Notes: generated from the sequence alone by a model not told the origin. Numbered from the stretch's first letter, positions 1-8,294 are shown. The stretch is 20,000 nucleotides of DNA from an uncultured virus (IMG/VR IMGVR_UViG_3300037067_018977) (IMGVR_UViG_3300037067_018977); one strand, 5' to 3'. Made by a program: numbers and translations.

Positions 1-5
1 GATTC

Positions 6-212
6 ATGGCCAAGGACGACGACGATGATCCGCTTTGTCGCTGCGGTAAGCCCGCGCCGCTCGACGTGTCGATCACTGCGGGTCCGCCGTTTGGGATGAG
101 CGGCCGGCGCACGGAGCTGAGTCTGACCACGGTGGCGTGTCGCGATTGCGCGTTTGCGGCGGGCAAGCTGATGTTGGAATTCCTGGACGGAAAGAAGGGC
201 ACATGCAACTGA
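6..212 (+). CDS. small Cys-containing hypothetical protein (possible Zn-binding)
   Basis: 68 aa ORF with CRCGK and CRDC motifs; overlaps the start of the next gene. Confidence 0.55.
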   Translation: MAKDDDDDPLCRCGKPAPLDVSITAGPPFGMSGRRTELSLTTVACRDCAFAAGKLMLEFLDGKKGTCN

Positions 213-871
213 ACGAACTGCGAGACACGAGCTTCGAGATCGCCAAAAGCAAAGGCTGGCACGATCCGGAGGTGGACACGGCCACGTTCGGGGATCGGAT
301 CGCGCTGGTGATGACCGAGCTGGCCGAGGCGATGGAAGACCACCGCGTGGGCAAGCCACCGCGCCAGATCGAGTACATCAAGGAAGGCGCGCCGCCGGTG
401 CGCTACACCGGCGATCACGAGAACCTCCACCAAGTGGGCGAGGAGCAGATTCGGAAGACGGCCATGAGCCTGGCCAGCTCCGGCTACAAGCCGTGCGGAA
501 TCATCATCGAGCTGGCGGACGTGGTGATCCGGCTGGGAGATCTCTCGGGGAGGTACGAGCTGAACTTCGCGGCCGAGGAGTCCTCCATCGCTCAGCTGGT
601 GGATAAAACGGATCTGACGGAGAACTCGGTATTGGAGCTACCGACGTTCGGGGAATGGATCTGCGGTATCACCGTGCACCTGCTCAATGCCTGGCAGATA
701 CACGAAGGTTCGACGGCTGCAGCGTCAGCGGATATAGCGAGCGCGATCCGTGGCACCTGCGGGTTCGCCAAGTCGCTGGGGATCACCGGCGCGGAGTTCG
801 AGCGGGCGATCGAGATCAAGCATGCGTTCAACCGCACGCGCCCGGTGCGGCACGGAGGCAAGAAGCTGTGA
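203..871 (+). CDS. phage MazG-like NTP pyrophosphohydrolase
   Basis: ATG 203 after AAGAAGGG; motifs AKSKGWHD, IALVMTELAEAMEDHR, KPCGIIIELADVVIRLGDL and C-terminal KHAFNRTRPVRHGGKKL typical of phage all-alpha NTP-PPases. Confidence 0.85.
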   Translation: MQLNELRDTSFEIAKSKGWHDPEVDTATFGDRIALVMTELAEAMEDHRVGKPPRQIEYIKEGAPPVRYTGDHENLHQVGEEQIRKTAMSLASSGYKPCGIIIELADVVIRLGDLSGRYELNFAAEESSIAQLVDKTDLTENSVLELPTFGEWICGITVHLLNAWQIHEGSTAAASADIASAIRGTCGFAKSLGITGAEFERAIEIKHAFNRTRPVRHGGKKL

Positions 872-1482
872 ATCCGGAAGACCACTGGATGCAGACGTTC
901 ACGGGGCGGAAGTTCTATCCGCTCGCGCCGCGCGTCGAGGACATCGTGATCGAGGACATCGCGCACGCGCTGGCGCAGATCTGCCGCTGGGGTGGGCACT
1001 GCATGTACCACTTCTCGGTGGCCCAGCACTCCCTGAACGTCTCCTACATGGTGCAGGAGATGAACGGCTCACCCCGAGCCTGCCTGCTCGGCCTGCTCCA
1101 CGACGCTCAGGAAGCGTACCTGGGAGACATGGTACGGCCACTCAAGATGGCGGACGCCATGGAGGCCTACCGCGAGGCCGAGGACAGGCTGGAACGCGCG
1201 GTCTGGGAGCGGTTCGGGCTCCAGGAGACCGACCAGCGGCTGGTCAAGGGCGTGGACCGGCGCATGTGCGTGACCGAAGGCGAGATCATCATGGGCCCGC
1301 GGCCGATGATCTGGCACGAGGCGGAGCCGCCCTTCGGCAGGCCCTGGCCGGATGGCATGGTGATCGGCGAGCTGGGGGTTCCGAAACACGCTGGTGCTTT
1401 GGGTGCGCTCGCGGGGATGCCCCGTCAGCCGGTGGACGTCGAGACGGAATTCCTGCAGCGGTTCCGGGAGCTGGCAGCATGA
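868..1482 (+). CDS. HD-domain 5'-deoxynucleotidase, YfdR/YfbR-like
   Basis: GTG overlapping upstream TGA, SD GGAGG; MQTFTGRKF..EDIAHALAQICRWGGH..FSVAQHS..GLLHDAQEAYLGDMVRPLK resembles prophage YfdR family. Confidence 0.9.
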   Translation: MNPEDHWMQTFTGRKFYPLAPRVEDIVIEDIAHALAQICRWGGHCMYHFSVAQHSLNVSYMVQEMNGSPRACLLGLLHDAQEAYLGDMVRPLKMADAMEAYREAEDRLERAVWERFGLQETDQRLVKGVDRRMCVTEGEIIMGPRPMIWHEAEPPFGRPWPDGMVIGELGVPKHAGALGALAGMPRQPVDVETEFLQRFRELAA

Positions 1483-2204
1483 AGGGCGTGTTCGTGGTGT
1501 TCGAGGGCATCGACGGCTCGGGCAAGAGCACGCAGGCACAGAGGTTCGTGTCCGCGCTGCGACGCGCCGAGTCCGAACGCACGGTGCTACTTACAGCGGA
1601 GCCGAGCCAGAAGGAAATCGGGCAGTTGATCCGCTCGATGCTCGTCGCGCGCCCCGTGCTGGCCACGCAGGGTGCCTGGAGCTATCCCTGGCGCGCGATG
1701 ACGCTGCTGTTTGCGGCGGATCGCGCGGCGCACCTGGCCAACGTGATCGATCCTGCTCTCGACAAGGGAGCCATCGTGGTGTGCGACCGCTACATCCTGA
1801 GCACGGTGGCCTACCAGCTGGCGAGCGCGCTAGGGGAACTGAAGGCACAGGGCATTGACCTCGGGCCCGGGTTCCGGCGCGCGACGCGGGCGACGCTGGC
1901 GGAGTGGCTCCGGGACGTGTTTGCGCCGTTCACGAAGGCCAACGTGACGTTCGTGCTGGAGATGCCGGTGGACGCGGCGCTCGCGCGGCTCAAGCGTCGT
2001 GGTGGGGCGCGCGATTGCTACGAAACGGATACGCACCTGCGCGAGACCGCGGACATCTACTGGTCCGCCACGAACACGCACGAGTTCAATTGGTGCGGCG
2101 CGCCCGCGCAGAGTATCGACGCGACGGGTAGCGAAGACGAAGTGGCGGAGCGGATCCAGAAGAACTGGAAGCAGCTCCAGAAGGTCAAGCAATGGCCGCG
2201 GTGA
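1479..2204 (+). CDS. tmk: thymidylate kinase (dTMP/dNMP kinase)
   Basis: FVVFEGIDGSGKSTQ P-loop, AEPS, LLFAADRAAH, VVCDRYILSTVAYQ; ATGA overlap. Confidence 0.92.
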   Translation: MKGVFVVFEGIDGSGKSTQAQRFVSALRRAESERTVLLTAEPSQKEIGQLIRSMLVARPVLATQGAWSYPWRAMTLLFAADRAAHLANVIDPALDKGAIVVCDRYILSTVAYQLASALGELKAQGIDLGPGFRRATRATLAEWLRDVFAPFTKANVTFVLEMPVDAALARLKRRGGARDCYETDTHLRETADIYWSATNTHEFNWCGAPAQSIDATGSEDEVAERIQKNWKQLQKVKQWPR

Positions 2205-2716
2205 CTCCCGTGGACGCTCTGCGGCAGCTGGTGACGCTCGACGCGCTGGCCGGATGCGAAGTGCTGCCGCTCATCCGGGTGGCTAGGCTAGCCATTAATG
2301 CGCAGCTCGATCAGCTGGAGAGTGTGCGCGAGCATCCCGAGTGGGGAGGCCAAGCGCATCGCCGACTTTCGGCGTTCGCTCGAAACCGACCGCTGTTCGG
2401 GGACTGGTTCGTGCCGGTGCGTCCGCACCCGGAGTCCCGCGCCTTCAAGATGAAGGCCATCCTGGTGTATCGTCCCCTGCGCGCCGAAGTCGGAGCGGTC
2501 TATTACCGGGAGGCTCCCACTGCGTTCGCAGCCTTGTGGCAGGCGTTGTACGAGAAGTCGCCGGCACGCCGCCTCGGCGGTCGCCTGCCTAGTCCCACGG
2601 TGCACGCCGCGGCCCAGCTGTTCGTGGATCTCCAGGCCGCGGTGCGCGCGAGCTGGGACTGGCTGCGTTTCGATGAAGCGCACAGTGATCTCTTGATCCG
2701 GAGGCTCGGAGCATGA
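2192..2716 (+). CDS. hypothetical protein
   Basis: 174 aa ORF filling the operon, overlapping both neighbours. Confidence 0.65.
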   Translation: MAAVTPVDALRQLVTLDALAGCEVLPLIRVARLAINAQLDQLESVREHPEWGGQAHRRLSAFARNRPLFGDWFVPVRPHPESRAFKMKAILVYRPLRAEVGAVYYREAPTAFAALWQALYEKSPARRLGGRLPSPTVHAAAQLFVDLQAAVRASWDWLRFDEAHSDLLIRRLGA

Positions 2717-3363
2717 CTGCAGCGGAGAAGCATCTCCGGCGGCTCCAGTGGGAGATCGCTCGGATGTACGAGAATCACCAGCTGCTCGACGAGCAGTACT
2801 GGGCTGAGGGCCGTGGTGCGCGTTGGCTGATTGGTCAGGCCGACACCAACGTGATGAAAACCGAGATCATCGCCGGCATCTGCGGGTCGCTGCTCGTGCA
2901 CGGCGACTGCGACACGGCGCGCTTCGCGTACTACTCCGATCACCGGGACGCCTGGCGTCGGCTCTGCTGGATGGGATGTTGTCGCGATCTCGGCTACTAC
3001 GTGGCGCAGAAGTACTCCATCGGCATGGCGCGCTCGGGAGCGGGGTCTGATACGTACGACGAAGAGGTGGCGCAGGACGACTTACGGCGGAGGATCGCCG
3101 AGGAGATCGAGTGCGGCCGAGAGCCGGACGACCCGCTCATTGTCCTGCTGCATGAGGCGCTCGAATCGCACACCGAGAGCGAGCACGAACTCCGGATGTT
3201 CCTCTCCGAGAACGACAAGGGTTGGGACCTATGGGAGTGGAGATTTGGTGAGGTCATTGCAACTCCGGTGGTGACGGGGCACCTGGCGCTCCAGCGCTGC
3301 GTGTATCTCCTGGTGGACAAATACGGGTGGGACGGACCGCCTGCATGCCGGAGGCAGCCCTGA
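2713..3363 (+). CDS. phage hypothetical protein
   Basis: 216 aa, ATGA coupling, high GC3. Confidence 0.75.
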   Translation: MTAAEKHLRRLQWEIARMYENHQLLDEQYWAEGRGARWLIGQADTNVMKTEIIAGICGSLLVHGDCDTARFAYYSDHRDAWRRLCWMGCCRDLGYYVAQKYSIGMARSGAGSDTYDEEVAQDDLRRRIAEEIECGREPDDPLIVLLHEALESHTESEHELRMFLSENDKGWDLWEWRFGEVIATPVVTGHLALQRCVYLLVDKYGWDGPPACRRQP

Positions 3364-3734
3364 CCCGCGTGCTGGTGACCGGCAGCCGCGGCTGGACGGA
3401 CGAAGCCAGGATTAGGGCGGCGTTCGCGGCGGTGGAGGAGCGGACTCCGCGTCCCTGGATCTTGGTCGTCGGTGACGCTCGGGGCGCCGATCAGCTCGCT
3501 CGGAAAGAAGCGGCCCTCCGCGGCTGGGAGACCGAGATGTGGATAGCGGACTGGGACCGCTACGGCCGGCGAGCTGGCTTCCGCCGGAACGCGGAGATGG
3601 TGGAGCGTGGCGCTGACCTCGCGCTCGCATTTTGGGATGGTCAGAGCCGGGGAACGGCGCACGCCATGCAGCTCTGCCGCGCGAAAGGGATCTTTTTGGA
3701 AGTGTTCGAGGTGGACGATGTGTCACGCAGCTGA
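3345..3734 (+). CDS. SLOG-family protein (DUF2493 / YspA cpYpsA-related)
   Basis: RVLVTGSRGW, VGDARGADQLA, ADWDRYGRRAGFRRNAEMV, LAFWDGQSRGTAHAM; start uncertain (ATG 3345 or CTG 3360). Confidence 0.88.
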   Translation: MPEAALTRVLVTGSRGWTDEARIRAAFAAVEERTPRPWILVVGDARGADQLARKEAALRGWETEMWIADWDRYGRRAGFRRNAEMVERGADLALAFWDGQSRGTAHAMQLCRAKGIFLEVFEVDDVSRS

Positions 3735-4047
3735 TGAAGTTTACGACGTCTACGATGAGACATTTCCGCGCGCGCGAAAGGAGCACCAATGCAGCGCCTG
3801 TCGCGAAACGATCGCGCCGGGTCAGCGTTACGCGCGCGTCGGAATCGTCTTTCAAAAGGAAGCCGAGACGGTGGTGAGGTGCCTGCGCTGTCAGCGCATT
3901 CACGAGCACCTGCGCGACTTGGCGCCAGGAGATCTCTGGCCTGACGAGCACCTGAACTGTGGGCAGAAGTACCTCGACACGTGGGGCACGGAGCCTCCCG
4001 AGGAAATTGCGAAGCTGGCCTTTGCGCTGCCGGGGGAAGTCACATGA
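3718..4047 (+). CDS. zinc-ribbon phage protein
   Basis: RARKEHQCSAC..IAPGQRY..CLRC; SD GAGG upstream. Confidence 0.75.
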   Translation: MCHAADEVYDVYDETFPRARKEHQCSACRETIAPGQRYARVGIVFQKEAETVVRCLRCQRIHEHLRDLAPGDLWPDEHLNCGQKYLDTWGTEPPEEIAKLAFALPGEVT

Positions 4048-5108
4048 GCGCTAGGCTTTACAGTCGAGCGATCGGACAGAGTTCGCAGGCGCAGGTGTCG
4101 CGCGGGTTCCGGGAGGCGCTCCAAGCGGCGGGCGCGCTCGCGGGTGAGTATGCGATGGACATCGAGCCGCTGCCGGAGGAGCCGGCGCGCCCGGGCGCGG
4201 CCGCGCCGCACGGGATCTGGACGGCGCCGCTTGCGCACCTTCAGACGCTGCGCCAGGCGGGCCGCCATGCGCGCCGCTGGGTGATGGTGGCCCCGAACAG
4301 CACCTGGATGCCACCCGGGCTCCTGAGCCTGCTGGAAGCCACGGCCACGGGCTTGCTGGCGCCCTCGGGCTGGGCCGCGGAGGTGCTTCGGGAGCTGACA
4401 CCGTTTCCGGTCACCGTGGTGCGCCATGGCGTGCACCCCGAGCTGACCGTGGCGCAGCCGACCACGGTCAAGCTTCTCGGGATGGACTACACGCTGGGGC
4501 GGTTCCGGGTGGGGCACTTCTCCACCAGCGAGCGCCAGCGGAAGGGGACCCGGGAGCTGATTGCGGCCTGGGAGCTGCTGCAGCAGCGCCAGGCGCTGCC
4601 CAGCTCGGCGCAGCTCTTCCTGGTGCTGGACGCGCCAGCCGAGACCCAGCTCATCCTGGAGTTCGAGGGGAAGTTTCCGCCAGGCGTGGTCCTCCGCTCG
4701 CGGCTGAATCTTCCCGCTGGCTCGATGGCGCCGATGCTCCAGTCCCTGCACCTGGTCTGCCAGCCCTCGCGCGGGGAGGCCTTTGGCCTCGTGCCGCTCG
4801 AAAGCCTGGCGTGTGGTACACCGGTCGTGGCCACGGCCTGCACGGGGCACAGCGAGTATCTGTCCCCAAGCACGCCCGGCGCGGTGGTCGTGGAGCATGG
4901 TCCGACCGGCCCGATCGACGACGGGGACGGGGCGTGGGGTCCGACCGTCAGCCCTGACGCCATTGCTGCCGCCGTGGAAATCGGCTACCAGCGCTGGACG
5001 GAGCTGAAGGTGGCAGCGAGCCAGCATGCGGGATCCGTGCAGACAGCCTGGGCCTGGCCGCAGGTGCTGGGCCCGTTCATTGAGCAGATGCAGAAAGAAG
5101 AACCATGA
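4044..5108 (+). CDS. glycosyltransferase family 4 (GT-B)
   Basis: VVRHGVHP, RKGTRELIAAW, QPSRGEAFGLVPLESLACGTPVVAT (EX7E motif). Confidence 0.9.
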   Translation: MSARLYSRAIGQSSQAQVSRGFREALQAAGALAGEYAMDIEPLPEEPARPGAAAPHGIWTAPLAHLQTLRQAGRHARRWVMVAPNSTWMPPGLLSLLEATATGLLAPSGWAAEVLRELTPFPVTVVRHGVHPELTVAQPTTVKLLGMDYTLGRFRVGHFSTSERQRKGTRELIAAWELLQQRQALPSSAQLFLVLDAPAETQLILEFEGKFPPGVVLRSRLNLPAGSMAPMLQSLHLVCQPSRGEAFGLVPLESLACGTPVVATACTGHSEYLSPSTPGAVVVEHGPTGPIDDGDGAWGPTVSPDAIAAAVEIGYQRWTELKVAASQHAGSVQTAWAWPQVLGPFIEQMQKEEP

Positions 5109-5421
5109 AAGTCAGCGACTACCAGGACTTTTTCGACGTGCCCGTGGCTGTGCAACTTCGGCAGCCATCCATGATCGTGGACAACGACGGGGAGCCCCGA
5201 AACCGGATGCAACATGGCAACCGGGAATATGGCGTGCCGCAGCCCGTGGTCATGCAGGGCAATCCAGCCGCTCAGCTCATGCTGGTGGGAGTCCTGGTTC
5301 CTTCCAAGAGCGAGGAGCTGTTGACGTTCCGGAGCAAAGGCGAGCGCGGCGCGGTGATCGTGACCACGCTGCTGCCCGATCAGATCNNNNNNNNNNGCTC
5401 ATCACCTCGCCGGGGAACTGA
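5105..5421 (+). CDS. hypothetical protein spanning an assembly gap
   Basis: ATGA start 5105; 10 Ns at 5387-5396; after the gap LITSPGN*-TGATG couples to the next gene; true length unknown. Confidence 0.6.
5387..5396. other. assembly gap (10 N)
   Basis: nnnnnnnnnn in the sequence. Confidence 1.
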
Positions 5422-5909
5422 TGCCCGCCCCGGAACTCGATCTCGCGTTCCACCACGGTGTGGAACAGGAGCGCCAGAAGTGGCAAGCGATCTTCGGTAC
5501 CAAGCCAGGGTTTGGGCCCAAGAACGCGGACGAAGGCAAGGTGTTCCTGGAGCAGTCCTTGCGGGTGCACGAAGAGCGCGCGGTGCACGAGGTGCGGCAG
5601 CGCTGCCACGCGCAACGGCGCGAGCTGCGCCGCCTGAATCAGAAGATCCTGGCGATGCGCGCGGTAATGACGGGATCCTACTGCAACGACGTCGGGGAGC
5701 TGCGGGTGCGGCTCGCGACCAGCGAGAACAACTGGCGCAAGGAACGCGCCGAGCGCCAACGGCTCGAAGGTGAGTTGTTCCGGCTGCGGGAGAAGGTGGA
5801 GCCACTGTTCCCGTTGCTCGACCTGCAGCTGTCACCGGACGAAATGCGCGCGCTGCAGACTTCGCGTACCGAGCCTTCACCAGAACCCGAAAGGAACGAA
5901 TCCCCATGA
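5421..5909 (+). CDS. coiled-coil hypothetical protein
   Basis: 162 aa, R/E-rich helical stretches. Confidence 0.7.
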   Translation: MPAPELDLAFHHGVEQERQKWQAIFGTKPGFGPKNADEGKVFLEQSLRVHEERAVHEVRQRCHAQRRELRRLNQKILAMRAVMTGSYCNDVGELRVRLATSENNWRKERAERQRLEGELFRLREKVEPLFPLLDLQLSPDEMRALQTSRTEPSPEPERNESP

Positions 5910-6139
5910 ATCAGTTTGGAATCGGCCGCGCGATCGAGCACCTGCGCGAGGGCAACCGGGTGCAGCGGGCCGGCTGGAACGGCAAGGGCATGTGGATCGG
6001 GCTGCAGAGCCCGGACGCAAACAGCCAGATGACCGAGCCGCACGTCTACATGAAGACGGCGCAGGGAGGACTCATCCCCTGGCTTTGCTCGCAGGCCGAT
6101 CTGCTCGCCACGGACTGGCAGGTGTTCGAAGAGAGATGA
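5906..6139 (+). CDS. DUF2829 / Thoeris anti-defence Tad2-like protein
   Basis: AIEHLREGNRVQRAGWNGKGMWI..MKTAQGGLIPWLCSQADLLATDWQV matches the DUF2829 signature (G.kv.R.GWNGKGM..W..SQ.D.LA.DW). Confidence 0.88.
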   Translation: MNQFGIGRAIEHLREGNRVQRAGWNGKGMWIGLQSPDANSQMTEPHVYMKTAQGGLIPWLCSQADLLATDWQVFEER

Positions 6140-6786
6140 GCACGCCCGGCGTGGAGGCGGACTTTCGGCGCTGGCTGGTGAGCAAGCTGTTGCTCACGCG
6201 CTGGCCGTTCCGCCAGGGAGAGAAGCTCGAAGAGCTGGCTGAGCGGCTCTGGGTGCATCCAGATGCGCTGCGGCGCGCGCAGGCGCAGCTGGACGCGCGT
6301 CAGCGCAAGGCTGGGCGCCCGACCAAGCGCTTGCTTCACGATCCGAGGCCGGTGCGCGAGAGATTGCGCGTGCGCATCGACTGTTCGGTGCCGCCCGTGG
6401 CGCATCGAGCGATCCACGGATTTTGCAAGCTGCGCGCGATCACTCCGGCGACGCTGATTCGAAGCTTGCTTCACGCCATGCTGCTCGAAGCCCGTAACCC
6501 AGAACTCACCGAGTTCTGGTGGTACGAGGGGCAGCGCTTGAGCATGCGGCGTCCCGAGCGCGGCCGGCGCTCCGAGGCGCTGCAGACCTTGAAGAGCGAG
6601 ATCACGGCCGGCGCGCATCGAGCGCTGACGGCGCGCGCGCTGGAGGCTGGGGTCAAGCCGACGACGTTGCTCCGCGGGTTACTCCAGGAAGCACTGCACA
6701 ATCAGCGGCTGCGCTTCGAGATTTTGACACGAGTGAGCCAAATGTGGGACGACGAGACGCGGTACATCTGTCAGGTCGGGAAGTGA
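6136..6786 (+). CDS. putative DNA-binding protein with two ribbon-helix-helix-like repeats
   Basis: VRIDCSVPPVAHRAIHGFCKLRAITPATLIRSLLHAML and LKSEITAGAHRALTARALEAGVKPTTLLRGLLQEAL are similar to each other and fit a strand-helix-helix pattern; function is inference. Confidence 0.6.
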   Translation: MSTPGVEADFRRWLVSKLLLTRWPFRQGEKLEELAERLWVHPDALRRAQAQLDARQRKAGRPTKRLLHDPRPVRERLRVRIDCSVPPVAHRAIHGFCKLRAITPATLIRSLLHAMLLEARNPELTEFWWYEGQRLSMRRPERGRRSEALQTLKSEITAGAHRALTARALEAGVKPTTLLRGLLQEALHNQRLRFEILTRVSQMWDDETRYICQVGK

Positions 6787-6807
6787 GTGCGTCGAGGAGC
6801 ATGAGCG

Positions 6808-7002
6808 ATGGATGAGGAAGAGTTTGCGATCGAGGTGGCGGACGCCATCGAGCAGTGCCTGGACGTCGAGAGCGTGGAGTGTCCCGAGGACACCCACGTG
6901 ATCTTGGTGACCACGGCGGATGGGGAGCGGTTCCGCGTTTCGGTCGAGCATGCCAAGGCGCGCCTTCGAAACCGCGAAGACGACGACGACAAGGACGAGT
7001 GA
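6808..7002 (+). CDS. small acidic protein
   Basis: 64 aa, about one third D/E; SD GAGGAG upstream. Confidence 0.7.
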   Translation: MDEEEFAIEVADAIEQCLDVESVECPEDTHVILVTTADGERFRVSVEHAKARLRNREDDDDKDE

Positions 7003-7005
7003 GCG

Positions 7006-7452
7006 ATGGCCTACGAATTGCGAAGGGTTCCACCCGGGTGGAGCCATCCGAAGGATGCGCTCGGTCGCTACGTCCCGCTCTACGGTGAGCCGTTCGACCG
7101 CGCGCTTCGGCGCTGGGAACAGGCTCCGGTCACGTCCCGCCCCGTGAAGTGCGACCTCGAAGCTCCGGTGCGAGGCACCTTCGTGCCGTTCGGGGAAGCG
7201 GAGGCCACGCACTACCAGGTGTACGAAGACACGACCGAGGGCACGCCGCTGAGCCCGATCTTCGCGACGAAGGATGGGGTGATCGCGTGGCTGCTCATTC
7301 AAGCCATCGCCGCGGAAGACGCCCGCGCCTTCGTCGAGCTGGGCCATGTGCCGGCGGAGGTAACGTTGAGCGACGGCACCGTGCTGTGCGGGTTTGCGAC
7401 GGCAGCGCTGATCCTGAACAAGCAGGCGCAGTGGAAAGCGAGTCGAGCGTGA
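7006..7452 (+). CDS. phage hypothetical protein
   Basis: 148 aa; ELRRVPPGWSHP..THYQVYEDTTEGTPLSPIF; in operon. Confidence 0.75.
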   Translation: MAYELRRVPPGWSHPKDALGRYVPLYGEPFDRALRRWEQAPVTSRPVKCDLEAPVRGTFVPFGEAEATHYQVYEDTTEGTPLSPIFATKDGVIAWLLIQAIAAEDARAFVELGHVPAEVTLSDGTVLCGFATAALILNKQAQWKASRA

Positions 7453-8294
7453 TCGACATCCTCCGTTCGCTGGCGCAGGAGAGTAGGCCACAAGTCGAGG
7501 CGTACTGCGAAGCGCGGGCGCGCTCGGTGCCGTTCGGGGAGAACCGGATGGTGTGTCGGGTGCTCGGTACGTACTTCATGATGGTGGACACCCGAGATCT
7601 GAGCCTGAGCCCGCACCTGGCGATGAGCGGCTACTGGGAGTTCTGGATCTCCCAGGCGATTGCGCGGCGCGTGCAGCCGGGCATGCGCTGCATCGACGTG
7701 GGAGCGAACTTTGGCTACTTCACGGTGCTGCTCGCGGCGCTGGTGAAGGAGACCGGGATGGTGCAGGCCTGGGAGCCCCAGCGCAAGGTGCGGGAGTGCC
7801 TGGAGATCACACTGGCCCTGAACGGCTTTCAGGAGCGGGTGGAGGTGGTGTCCGCCGCGGCTAGCTCCGCCGCGGGAGCTGCGGTGCTCTGGACGCCCAG
7901 CCACTTCTGGGGCTCGACGCGCGTGGTGCAGGACGAAGACAGCAAGACCGAAGGCGAGCGGTGCGATCTCTGGACCATCGACGCCTGGGCTGCGAGCTGG
8001 CCCCGGGTGGACTTCGTGAAGATCGATGCGGAGGGTCACGAGCCCGAGGTCTGGGCGGGCATGCGTGCCTTGCGGGAGCGGAGCCCGGGCATGCAGGCCC
8101 TGATCGAGTTCACGCCGAGCTGCTACGCGGACCCCGCGGCCTTCCTGAGCCAGCTTCGCCAGGACGGGTTCCGGATCAGCAGCGTGCAGACCGACGGGGA
8201 TCTCCGGCCGGTGGAAGACGCTGAAATCCTGGCCTGCGAGCGCTTCGAGATGCTGTGGCTCGATTCTTTGACGCCGCCCCCGGCCCCGGCATAG
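7449..8294 (+). CDS. FkbM-family SAM-dependent methyltransferase
   Basis: GYWE, CIDVGANFGYFT, VQAWEP, VDFVKIDAEGHEPEVWAGM, LIEF; GTGA overlap. Confidence 0.92.
   Translation: MIDILRSLAQESRPQVEAYCEARARSVPFGENRMVCRVLGTYFMMVDTRDLSLSPHLAMSGYWEFWISQAIARRVQPGMRCIDVGANFGYFTVLLAALVKETGMVQAWEPQRKVRECLEITLALNGFQERVEVVSAAASSAAGAAVLWTPSHFWGSTRVVQDEDSKTEGERCDLWTIDAWAASWPRVDFVKIDAEGHEPEVWAGMRALRERSPGMQALIEFTPSCYADPAAFLSQLRQDGFRISSVQTDGDLRPVEDAEILACERFEMLWLDSLTPPPAPA

Noticed and set aside
750..1478. N-terminal extensions in the ORF track (750..2204, 5770..6786, 7149..8294, 10213..11232, 11582..12880, 12568..13311)
   Set aside because: They are off-frame readings of upstream genes in GC-rich DNA; the real starts are mostly at stop/start overlaps.
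203..1482. Z-genome (PurZ/MazZ/DatZ) cluster
   Set aside because: No purZ or adenylosuccinate synthetase-like gene in the window, and the HD protein looks YfdR-type.
3900..5027. Long antisense ORFs (3900-5027, 7299-8435, 14913-15764, 17995-18768 and others)
   Set aside because: Shadow ORFs opposite better-supported genes, with no recognisable motifs.
5410..5423. Similar PGN*-ATG junctions at about 5410 and 8713
   Set aside because: Only about 13 nt of GC-rich similarity; likely coincidence.
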